A DNA stretch of 64,000 nucleotides from Mayamaea pseudoterrestris (Eukaryota). Numbering within the stretch: the first letter of the stretch is position 1; each line of letters starts with the position of its first letter. A program made the translations under genes and the position numbers. The DNA is taken from positions 310,001-374,000 of the forward strand of contig BROI01000024.1 in NCBI GenBank assembly GCA_027923505.1, written 5' to 3'. Shown here piece after piece: positions 43,852 to 52,040 of this stretch. The notes beneath the pieces are model-generated. The model saw only the letters and a program-made list of their open reading frames with translations. It ran no database searches and was not told where the DNA came from.

Positions 43852-43969
43852 CGGGTTTCCCCGTCTTAGCCACTACTTCCAGCTACAGGGTTTTAAGGAT
43901 GGCACACAGCTGGGTGGAGAGTAAGGCATTTTACTTAATTTGCCTCCTCGCCGCCCCAAGGCGTGCGCC
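43852..43969 (-). repeat. Split direct repeat B1
   Basis: Directly abuts A2; appears identical to B2. Confidence 0.95.
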
Positions 43970-44055
43970 TCCTTGCCACCCACTTTTCATCTTGGAGGAC
44001 AAAGGACACCCAAAGAGACGGGTGGGAAACGAGCGAAGCGAGTGTGGTGGGTAGG

Positions 44056-45204
44056 TTAGATGGGCTGCTGCGGGACAAAGGTGCCAGGGACCAGATTGTA
44101 GGTGCCACCTTGGACCATGCGAGCAGCGTAGCCGGTGGTGTGAGCAGCAGTGCCATGCAGGTAGCGTAGCATTGCGTCAGAACGCCAGCGGCCCATCAAT
44201 TTTATAATATTGTCATCGCAGCCGCCATTGAGGAGAGCCATAGCACCACCAGCGCGCAGGGAGCGAGCCTCAATGTCGGAGGGGTCTAAGCCCAGGGTAG
44301 GACCAAGTGCAATGACAGCATTGCGAAGGGTGCGCGTAATCTCCCCATTCTTGACGCCAAGAGGACGATTAGCACACCAGTAGGTTGCAAGCGGTGTGTG
44401 GGCAGTAGCACCATGCTCACGCAAATAAAGAATGCGCCGAGCAGCAGCAAGCACCGGACAGCAATGGAACAAGCCAGTGCGGCCTTGGCTAATGACTTCA
44501 CCGCGGACACCATTTTTCTGATTATCAAATGTGAACGACACCTGGGAAGCCGCCAACAAATCTGCAGCTGGTGCAGCAAAGAGATCAAGACGGCGGGAAC
44601 CCAGACAGAGTTGGACTGCACCTAGGCGTAGTGGTGGGGTGTTGCCACCGTGGGTGCCAGTGTACTCACCAGGGCGCATCAAGAAGAAGAAACCCAGGGT
44701 GATGATGTCGGCAAAGGTTTGCAGGGCAGGTGAGCCTGGTCCAGAATAGGCTTGGGCCAGGATGTGTTGCACAATGGTGACCGGAATTGGTTTGACGCGA
44801 GTAGGGGCTGGATCTTCGCGGTGCCAGCATTTAAATTGTTGCTGCAGCCGGTAGTCAATTTTGCCACAGGAATCTTGTCGAATGTCGTGGGACCCCATGC
44901 GGGCGAACGTCTGGCCCACCGCACGGATGGCGTCCGCCACTGTTGCAGCGCGGACGGGTTGACCGCTGGCGGAGAGTCGGCCATCGCGGTAACGGGTTGC
45001 CCAGACTTGGAGAGTTGGGACTGGGTCATCCAAGGTTTTGAGGAAAGGGTCGAGATGGTGTTCAAGACAGAAGTCACACCATGAGGCCCAATGCTTGTCC
45101 GCGGAGGCGGCTCTTGAAGGAACGACTCCGGCACGGATCTGGTCTTGGACAGTGCGGTAATCATGGTAGAAAGCATCTCGGGTCGTGGTTGGTACAGTTG
45201 CCAA
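44056..45204 (-). CDS. Tyrosine recombinase (ORF3) of the retrotransposon; overlaps the pol 3' end in the -1 frame
   Basis: WASWCDFC core-binding region, FFFLMRPGEY (Arg I), QKNG (Lys), ARSLRAGGA (Arg II), MGRWRSDAMLRYLH (Trp, catalytic Tyr). Begins with TTG; the true start is unknown. Confidence 0.93.
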   Translation of the reverse strand: MATVPTTTRDAFYHDYRTVQDQIRAGVVPSRAASADKHWASWCDFCLEHHLDPFLKTLDDPVPTLQVWATRYRDGRLSASGQPVRAATVADAIRAVGQTFARMGSHDIRQDSCGKIDYRLQQQFKCWHREDPAPTRVKPIPVTIVQHILAQAYSGPGSPALQTFADIITLGFFFLMRPGEYTGTHGGNTPPLRLGAVQLCLGSRRLDLFAAPAADLLAASQVSFTFDNQKNGVRGEVISQGRTGLFHCCPVLAAARRILYLREHGATAHTPLATYWCANRPLGVKNGEITRTLRNAVIALGPTLGLDPSDIEARSLRAGGAMALLNGGCDDNIIKLMGRWRSDAMLRYLHGTAAHTTGYAARMVQGGTYNLVPGTFVPQQPI

Positions 45205-48038
45205 GGTAGAGGCTGTGGGTAATGAGTGTTAAAGTAGGTGAGTAATTCAGAGTCAGACAAATGCCACAAACGGGAGGCCTTGTCCGCCATTTCATTCACT
45301 GGACCAGGAATGTAATCATGGAGTGGAACATAGCGATGTGTGCGTTGATGCAAGGACTGGCATCTGAGTAGGTATGCTGCTGGGCCAGTGGAGGTAGTGG
45401 AGCCCTTGCGCTGCCAAGCGACAGCTGGAGTGTTGTCGTGGGAGGTGTGAATGGTGCGCTCACGGATGTCAAAATTGTGTGCCAAAACATCATGATGGAG
45501 AACCGTCCCAAACAATTCCAAATCACTATTGGTAATAGTGCCATGTGGGTTGTCAAAACTCACCAAGTCCGCCTCAATGTGAGGAGGGAACCTGGCACGC
45601 CACAAGATTGGTTGTAGGGCATTGGTGGGCATGGAGACAAAGGCCACGGCCCCAGCGCCACGACCAGATGCATCAGTAGTGCCCACAATAGCCGGGTCAT
45701 CAGGAATCAATTCAGCAATGCGTGTTGGTCGTGTCTCTAGACCAGCCGCAATCCATCGAAAATCTTCCAGAAAGTCATGCACTGCCTGGGTCAACCGCAA
45801 ACGACCAGAGTGACCATCAGGATGGCGAAAGGCCTCTTGCAAGGAACTGAACAGACCACGGCTGCCAGGAATGGCCAAGGACATGGAGCGCAGCTCGCCC
45901 AAGAACTTGTGCCACTGCTTGGTGGCAATGCGGCGCCGAGTAGGAGGGATACTAGCTAGGATCTCACGTAGGCGTTCCAGGCGATGGGCTGGCAATGCAA
46001 CAGTCATGGCAACGGTATCAACCAACCAACCCAGGACTTGCTTGCGAGTGGTCCAAGCACCATCTCCTTTGAGTAACTTCTTGACAGACACTGGTTCTTG
46101 ACGAGCAGGTAAGTCAGTGGGCTCCAGTGGGCGTAGAACTTGGTCAAATGTGTGCAGGAGAACACGTTGCAACCTTAGCAGCCGATCCGGATTGCCTTGG
46201 GCTAAAGCAATCAAGTCATCCACATACAAGTCATTGTATGCAACAGGACGCTGGAGGATATCAGAGCGCTGGCGTGGAGCAGGAAGAGGCGCCACACTAG
46301 GATCATTGATGGGCGTATCCTCCACAGTCACAACAGGTGGGACAGAGCCGTGTGCGGGCACACTTCCAGGCAGGGGTGTTGGAGTGGTGGTAGCTGGTAA
46401 GGTTTGAGCTTGTAACTCCAGACGGTGAGGCGGTGGTGACTTGGCACCACACTGGAAGGCTTGATTGGCTAAGTCACAAATGGTCTCTGTCACTGCACAG
46501 AAATAGGGTGGAGAATGAATCCAACCCATAGGCAGTGTGAGTGGAAAAGCAATCAGAGGCTCCTCACCAGCACACTGAGGAAACAAGACACCAAGCTTGG
46601 GGATATCTCCAGGCAGCAAACGCACACGGTAAAATCCATCAGCAATATCCAACTTGGACATGTGGACGGGCCCATAGCGGGGGTTGGCTCGAGCAATGCG
46701 TTGCAGCAAACGATAAAAAGTGCGGCCAAACTGCATGGACTCCAGTGGCGCAACTGCAGCAGTGTCATCATTGACCCCAAAGTAGCTGTAGTCAGAGATG
46801 GTCCGAGGTCGCCGGTCTCGCTGAGGCACAACACCAAGAGGACTGAGTCGGAGTTGTTCCATTCCAAGGACCTGTGAGGCTGGTAGGACGGTCCAGTGGC
46901 CTTTCTTGATCATGTCAGTGAACTCCTCCCGCAGAAAAGCAGTGTGTTCAAAGGCAGACTTGTGAGGGCCCCTCTTGAGCGCCATTTGCTTTTGTGCTAG
47001 TGTCCAAGGCTTTTTCTGCATAATGGCTGGTGCGCCACGTGCATCCAATTGGTGTAGCAAATGTGCAGCTGGATGATCCAGATCCTTGACGCTGGGCTGT
47101 AAGTCAGAGGCGCCGCGGCTGGCCTCCACAAAAGCACGCCAATCCGGAGACAAAGCAAGACGTGCAGATGCCTCCTGAACCAGCTGCCCCAATTCATCAT
47201 CAAGTAGTTGCAAGGATGAGGTGTTGGTGTGTGTAGGCAACTTGGATGTAGAAAGACTGCCAGGCAAAGTGTAAGGAGGTGCAGATGCCTTTGGGGAGAC
47301 CAGGTCATGTGCCTTTGGCTGAGAGGCCCAGTGTGGAGCCCAGCCAGTTGCCATGGCAGGTAACTGTGCAGGTGCAGCAGTGGCTTCCATTGAGAGTGGA
47401 GCAGCCTTGCTGAATGCCAAGTGTGGTGCCATGGTAGGAGCAGCCTTGCTGGCAACCAAGTGTGGAGCCATGGCTTGGTGTGACACCACAACTGGGGAGG
47501 CGCCAGTACATGGGACTGGAGCAGCCACTGGAGAGGCATCAGCGGTGTGAAGGCCTGGAGAAGCCACATCCTCAGGTGCGACGGCGACAGACGATTCAAG
47601 GGGGCCTGGAGAAGCCACAGCCTGGTGTGTAGGTGTGACGGCAACAGATGGATTGGTGCTAGGAGCCAAGGTTGGACGACACTCAGGGTGGACAACTTGA
47701 CGACTTGCTTGGAGTTGACTTGCTTGGACTTGGACCAGGGACGCAGTGGGACCGGGGACAGAGGCCAATTTGATTACATTCCTGGCAGCAGTAGGCAAGA
47801 GACGTGGTGTGGGCAGTAACAATGGTTCTTTCTGCACAACATGCACGCCAGCTTGCTTACCAAGTTCAGGAGATAGGACAGGTGACACAGTAGATTTAAA
47901 ACGTTTACTACTGGGCGACTTAATTACTGGAACTACTTCTTCATTTTCGACAACTGGACCTGCGACTCTGGATGGTGGAACAGCAGAGGTTGCAGGCGTC
48001 AGCGGATTATAACATATAGGGATCCGCCCGCCGGACCG
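44679..48038 (-). CDS. Reverse transcriptase + RNase H (ORF2/pol), open from the codon right after the gag UGA
   Basis: LSPLGVVPQ...RTISDYS, KLDIADGFYRV, LPMGWIHSPPYF, YVDD; RNase H TDAS, NSDLEL, HDN, ADKASR. The 50 codons 48038-47889 contain no stop and no ATG. Confidence 0.95.
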   Translation of the reverse strand, partial: RSGGRIPICYNPLTPATSAVPPSRVAGPVVENEEVVPVIKSPSSKRFKSTVSPVLSPELGKQAGVHVVQKEPLLLPTPRLLPTAARNVIKLASVPGPTASLVQVQASQLQASRQVVHPECRPTLAPSTNPSVAVTPTHQAVASPGPLESSVAVAPEDVASPGLHTADASPVAAPVPCTGASPVVVSHQAMAPHLVASKAAPTMAPHLAFSKAAPLSMEATAAPAQLPAMATGWAPHWASQPKAHDLVSPKASAPPYTLPGSLSTSKLPTHTNTSSLQLLDDELGQLVQEASARLALSPDWRAFVEASRGASDLQPSVKDLDHPAAHLLHQLDARGAPAIMQKKPWTLAQKQMALKRGPHKSAFEHTAFLREEFTDMIKKGHWTVLPASQVLGMEQLRLSPLGVVPQRDRRPRTISDYSYFGVNDDTAAVAPLESMQFGRTFYRLLQRIARANPRYGPVHMSKLDIADGFYRVRLLPGDIPKLGVLFPQCAGEEPLIAFPLTLPMGWIHSPPYFCAVTETICDLANQAFQCGAKSPPPHRLELQAQTLPATTTPTPLPGSVPAHGSVPPVVTVEDTPINDPSVAPLPAPRQRSDILQRPVAYNDLYVDDLIALAQGNPDRLLRLQRVLLHTFDQVLRPLEPTDLPARQEPVSVKKLLKGDGAWTTRKQVLGWLVDTVAMTVALPAHRLERLREILASIPPTRRRIATKQWHKFLGELRSMSLAIPGSRGLFSSLQEAFRHPDGHSGRLRLTQAVHDFLEDFRWIAAGLETRPTRIAELIPDDPAIVGTTDASGRGAGAVAFVSMPTNALQPILWRARFPPHIEADLVSFDNPHGTITNSDLELFGTVLHHDVLAHNFDIRERTIHTSHDNTPAVAWQRKGSTTSTGPAAYLLRCQSLHQRTHRYVPLHDYIPGPVNEMADKASRLWHLSDSELLTYFNTHYPQPLPWQLYQPRPEMLSTMITALSKTRSVPESFLQEPPPRTSIGPHGVTSVLNTISTLSSKPWMTQSQLSKSGQPVTAMADSPPAVNPSALQQWRTPSVRWARRSPAWGPTTFDKIPVAKLTTGCSNNLNAGTAKIQPLLASNQFRSPLCNTSWPKPILDQAHLPCKPLPTSSPWVSSS

Positions 48039-50192
48039 TCAATTGCGGGGCTCAAGATGCTCCAATGCCCAAGCCAACAAGGCATCATCAGCTGCCTGAC
48101 TATGCTTGATGTGGTCGGCTTTGCGCTTGCACAACGAGTCACATTTGCCACGCAAATGATAAGCCATGCAGGGAGCAGTAGCGAGTCCTGGGATGCTATC
48201 CTTGGTGGGCCAACTCTTGTCCTCGGGATTCTTCCTCATCAAGCGGAGTTGGCGCTTGTCCTTCTGGAAGGCTTCAAAGGCTGGGTTGTAATCCAGGTTG
48301 ATGACCACCGCATTCGCCTTGGTAGAAGGACTGTTGCCGCTTGCACCCGTCAAAGTAGAAGCCGCGGTGGTATGAGTGCCTTTGCTGTTGACACTGCTAC
48401 CAACCTTGATGGATCCTGGGATGTCGGCTGCCTTGTTGAGTTGCTTGCTTAGTTGAGTGCAATACTTGGCAGGCAAAGGAGGCAGGACAGAGAGATTGCC
48501 AATTTCCAAGTCCTCCATGACACTGGCCAGATCCGGGACGGCCTTGTAGGTGGGAGAAGTCTCCATAGTCTTGAACCAACGGTGGAAGCGGACTTGGACT
48601 GCTCGCAGCATGAGGGAGGGTCCCTGCTCACCAAGGCTAGCCAAGGCGTGCTGATAGGTAGGAATGTTGGCTTCAAATGTCTTGGTCCAATGCTCCAACG
48701 TGCAGACAAGCTCATGATCTTCCCCAAAGTACTGTGTGAGGAGGATTAGGTAGGCCCGGCACATGCGTGCTGCCAGGAAGTAGTTGGTTGGCAGCACCAC
48801 TTTGGAAGTAACAGCCTGGAGTTCCTTAGTATCTTGGTAGGTGATTGCATGACCGCCACTTAGGATGTCGTCATGCGCCTGCGCCGCTTGGAGGACTTCA
48901 GCTGACATGTTTGAGCCTTGGAGAACAGTCAGATTGGGTGGTACCATCATGAAGACATTGATGCCTCCACTAAAATCATCCTTGTCGGCGCCTGCAAAGT
49001 CTCCATCTTGAAGCCGTCGGCTAATGTGCGGCGTCACAATAGGAGCATAGTCTTGGTTACCCGCTGCCACCGCACCCTCAACTAGATGGTCTTGCACTAC
49101 CTTGCGCTTGTCCTTGTCAGCCGTGGCGGCGAGGAGGTGGTGCAGTTCGGGATAGCCACTTGGTGAAGCAATGCGTAGCATGATGCTAGTGCGCCGTAAT
49201 TGTGTCGCAGTTAAAATGTCGGAGACTTTCTTGGGTGCCTTGGCTGCGCCCGGCGCGAGCCTCTTCACGGGCTCGGCCTCGGCTGCATCCTTAGCTTGGC
49301 GCTCCAAAAGGTTGACCAAAGCACTTTGATTTGGATCGGGTTGGGCGAACAAGTCCGGCAAGAGGCGCCGCAAGTTGGTCGAGGTGAACCGGGCCACATC
49401 GGCATCCCAGCTCGGAGCGGCTCGTGCAATTCCTGGAATAGTAGGCACTCCATCAGCGGCTCGGCAAGTAACCAATAGCTTTAGCCAAGTGCAAAGGTTG
49501 GTCAAGACATGTTCCAGCCCCGCATCAATAATAGCCGGCGCCAAACGGTCGAAGAATTCGCGCCGCGTAAAACCCTGCCCAATCACCAGCGGTGCGAACC
49601 GCACGGGCAAGGCCTGAACCATCCGCGCACGACCTTGGACAATGGTCGCATCGTCTTCGTCAACCGGCTGCAATGGAGGCAAATACTCAGTGCCAGCAGG
49701 CAAGCCTTGCAATCGCTCCATTGTTTGTGCCAATGTTGCTGGCACATTTGTGAAGTGCCCGTTCAATGGACTGAGATGAAAATCTGCCACCGTCAGTTCG
49801 ACGAGGCCTGCCGTGCCTTGGAAAACCTCCGTACCAAAACCGATGACTCGATTGTCCCAGCGGTTGGTGCGACCTGCAACGGCAAGGTACCGCTGGGCCC
49901 CGACAATGGCGTGAATGCAACCATGCATAGGCTGGTCGGCCTCGACCAAGGCAGCAACAAGAATGGGAGCGGTCTCCAAGGGCGTGTCGACCAAACCTTT
50001 AAAGCAATCAGCTGCAGTTAAAGGAGGATCGGCAGTGCGAGTGAGACCGTTCAAACCATTGTATTCACCGTTCAAAGGATCATTACTTGCCTGACTGTAA
50101 CGGGCAAGGAAGGTGACCGTAGGGAGAGTGGCCCCGGCAAAAGGAATGGCGGCGGCTGCGGCAGCGGCGTCGGCTCCATTGACGGCGGCCAT
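48039..50192 (-). CDS. Gag-like ORF1 with C-terminal CCCH-type zinc finger
   Basis: ATG at 50192 just inside repeat A1; 717 aa; CMAYHLRGKCDSLCKRKADH near the C-terminus; position upstream of RT. Confidence 0.85.
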   Translation of the reverse strand: MAAVNGADAAAAAAAIPFAGATLPTVTFLARYSQASNDPLNGEYNGLNGLTRTADPPLTAADCFKGLVDTPLETAPILVAALVEADQPMHGCIHAIVGAQRYLAVAGRTNRWDNRVIGFGTEVFQGTAGLVELTVADFHLSPLNGHFTNVPATLAQTMERLQGLPAGTEYLPPLQPVDEDDATIVQGRARMVQALPVRFAPLVIGQGFTRREFFDRLAPAIIDAGLEHVLTNLCTWLKLLVTCRAADGVPTIPGIARAAPSWDADVARFTSTNLRRLLPDLFAQPDPNQSALVNLLERQAKDAAEAEPVKRLAPGAAKAPKKVSDILTATQLRRTSIMLRIASPSGYPELHHLLAATADKDKRKVVQDHLVEGAVAAGNQDYAPIVTPHISRRLQDGDFAGADKDDFSGGINVFMMVPPNLTVLQGSNMSAEVLQAAQAHDDILSGGHAITYQDTKELQAVTSKVVLPTNYFLAARMCRAYLILLTQYFGEDHELVCTLEHWTKTFEANIPTYQHALASLGEQGPSLMLRAVQVRFHRWFKTMETSPTYKAVPDLASVMEDLEIGNLSVLPPLPAKYCTQLSKQLNKAADIPGSIKVGSSVNSKGTHTTAASTLTGASGNSPSTKANAVVINLDYNPAFEAFQKDKRQLRLMRKNPEDKSWPTKDSIPGLATAPCMAYHLRGKCDSLCKRKADHIKHSQAADDALLAWALEHLEPRN

Positions 50193-50199
50193 GGAGGAA

Positions 50200-50491
50200 T
50201 GCACTTAATTCTATCTTCTTTCCTTGTCAAAAGCAGCACTCGAGGCAGCTCTCTAAAGGAATCAAAGGACAAGCGACTGTAGCAACAACAACAGGAGGGG
50301 CTGCTTGGAAGGAGCTTGCCTTCTTCAAAAGAATGGCTCCGAGCAGGGCGAAGGAGGATCAAAGGATGCTCTTCAACACGCTCAGGGGCTTATCTGCAAC
50401 CACGCAGCTTTCAAAGCCGTATGGTGTCGCCACGCTGGCGACTGTAACATATAGTGTAGTCTTTTCCTTCCGCTTTCAGCTGCGGCAAAGA
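50200..50491 (-). repeat. Split direct repeat A1 (element 5' terminus)
   Basis: Appears identical to 43560-43851. Confidence 0.95.
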
Positions 50492-50581
50492 GACGGAAAA
50501 GCCCGTCACCACACCGAATTCTGTAAACCAAAGTCGTCCTCTCTCTCTCGCTCCACAATCAGCAATAGTCAAGCCAACATC

Positions 50582-51691
50582 ATGGTCCGACGTTTAGCAG
50601 AGAATGGGCATGTGAAGCGCTCCATCAAAATTCCCGATGTATTTTTGGCGAATGACGCCAAGCCGATTCGAAGCATGGCTTCGCCACATACGCCGGTCCT
50701 TCCCTACTTGGCCATGGCGGAATTCGCCAAGCAGCGGGAGCATGACATTAGAGAAAGCATGGCGCAGCGTCAGGCAAAGGAAAGTGCAAAAGTTGCTGTG
50801 CAGGAGGCTACCAATGATGGAACAATGGATAAGTTGCACAATAATGAGCAGCTGGAGTCAACATGCACGACTGCTCTTTTGCAAGCACCAGAATCAATTA
50901 ATTCACAGCCGATCAATGTGAACGAATCAAATGATCATCAGGAAGAGGAACCAAATCACTTTACTGCACGGCGTTACCAATCAAAGCCAATTCCTTGGTC
51001 GGATCGCAAGGGCACGTCGGCTCCTCGACCCGACGAAACGCAGGCATTTGCAGTCCAGCAGGGTAGATACACTGCCGCAGACGAAGTTGCTTCTTTGACG
51101 ACGCCAGTGGCACCTGCTGTTACGGAAAGCCCTCTGCGACCTGCCCCTGGTGAAGTCTACATTAATGAGCAAGGTCGAAGGGTACGACTTGTGAAGAAGG
51201 TTCAACCTCGACAAACGAATGAAGCCGCCAAGACTTTTGATGGCACACCCACCAAGCCAAGAAAGGCCAAAAGCAATTCACCACCTCGGCAAGGAGGAGC
51301 TCCAAACTCTCCTAGCAAATCCAAGGGTAACAATTCGAATCCAAGTAATAGCACTGGCCCCAACAAGAAGAAGCGGCGCAAAAAGCCCCGGACATACACT
51401 GACCCCAACGTAATGGACTATCCAACCAGCATTGGCATTCCATCCGACTTGGAGGAGCGAAGCGTTCAGTCCGAGCTCAACATGTTGAGTCTGGGTGACT
51501 TGACGCCCATGGAGATGGCCAAAATGGATCCGCCACTGACGCCGCCATGCACGCCGGATAGCAAGGACTCGACAACCTCACGGACCATGTCGTTTTCGAC
51601 GCGCACGGCCGGACGAAACTTGTTTGGTAGTAGAATGGGCGAAGAAGCTGAAGCAACTGATGCTGTGAATTGTAATTGTGTCATTATGTGA
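50582..51691 (+). CDS. Low-complexity protein with C-terminal CaaX prenylation motif
   Basis: ATG in ACATCATGG context; ends NCNCVIM*. The upstream in-frame ATG at 50333 lies inside the TE repeat. Confidence 0.7.
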   Translation: MVRRLAENGHVKRSIKIPDVFLANDAKPIRSMASPHTPVLPYLAMAEFAKQREHDIRESMAQRQAKESAKVAVQEATNDGTMDKLHNNEQLESTCTTALLQAPESINSQPINVNESNDHQEEEPNHFTARRYQSKPIPWSDRKGTSAPRPDETQAFAVQQGRYTAADEVASLTTPVAPAVTESPLRPAPGEVYINEQGRRVRLVKKVQPRQTNEAAKTFDGTPTKPRKAKSNSPPRQGGAPNSPSKSKGNNSNPSNSTGPNKKKRRKKPRTYTDPNVMDYPTSIGIPSDLEERSVQSELNMLSLGDLTPMEMAKMDPPLTPPCTPDSKDSTTSRTMSFSTRTAGRNLFGSRMGEEAEATDAVNCNCVIM

Positions 51692-52040
51692 TGACGATGC
51701 AACAGGGAGTTGATGGAGGCCATCGCTGCGAGCAGCAATTGCAATTTTTGAAGCTTCGAATTAGTGTCGTTAATGAAATTGTTGTTGCTATAAGCTAGTC
51801 AGTATATGAACACCTACGCAACTGCGCTCTGTACGTAACGTAACATCCAAGTCGTATAATGGAGAAAGTTTGCGTTAAAACTCTCTAGCAATATTCTACT
51901 ATCAATGAATACATATTAGAGCAAAAAACATGAACTGTTGAGTATCGACGCGCCGTAGCAACTGGTAACGTTAATGAGGTAACGTGTTACTAGTTCAAAG
52001 TCATTTGCTAACCAATTCCTGCTTGATCCCTTTGTGCTGG

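Larger units (their letters stand above)
43424..50491 (-). mobile_element. Full-length tyrosine-recombinase (DIRS-order) retrotransposon with Ngaro-type split direct repeats: A1-gag-RT/RH-YR-B1-A2-B2
   Basis: Two 292-bp A repeats and two 118-bp B repeats in split-direct-repeat order; intact Gag-like, RT/RNase H and YR ORFs; no target-site duplication visible. Confidence 0.95.

Noticed and set aside
43153..43869. 238-aa plus-strand ORF and the 83-aa N-terminal part of ORF 50333-51691
   Set aside because: Both run through the TE terminal repeats in antisense; these are probably chance open frames rather than genes.
44056..45204. Prophage/bacterial integrase or contamination
   Set aside because: The YR is embedded in a retroelement with RT/RH and flanked by intron-containing eukaryotic genes.
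43560..50491. Conventional LTR retrotransposon (A repeats as LTRs)
   Set aside because: No integrase or protease, no TG...CA ends or TSD; the extra B repeats and the YR indicate a DIRS-order element.
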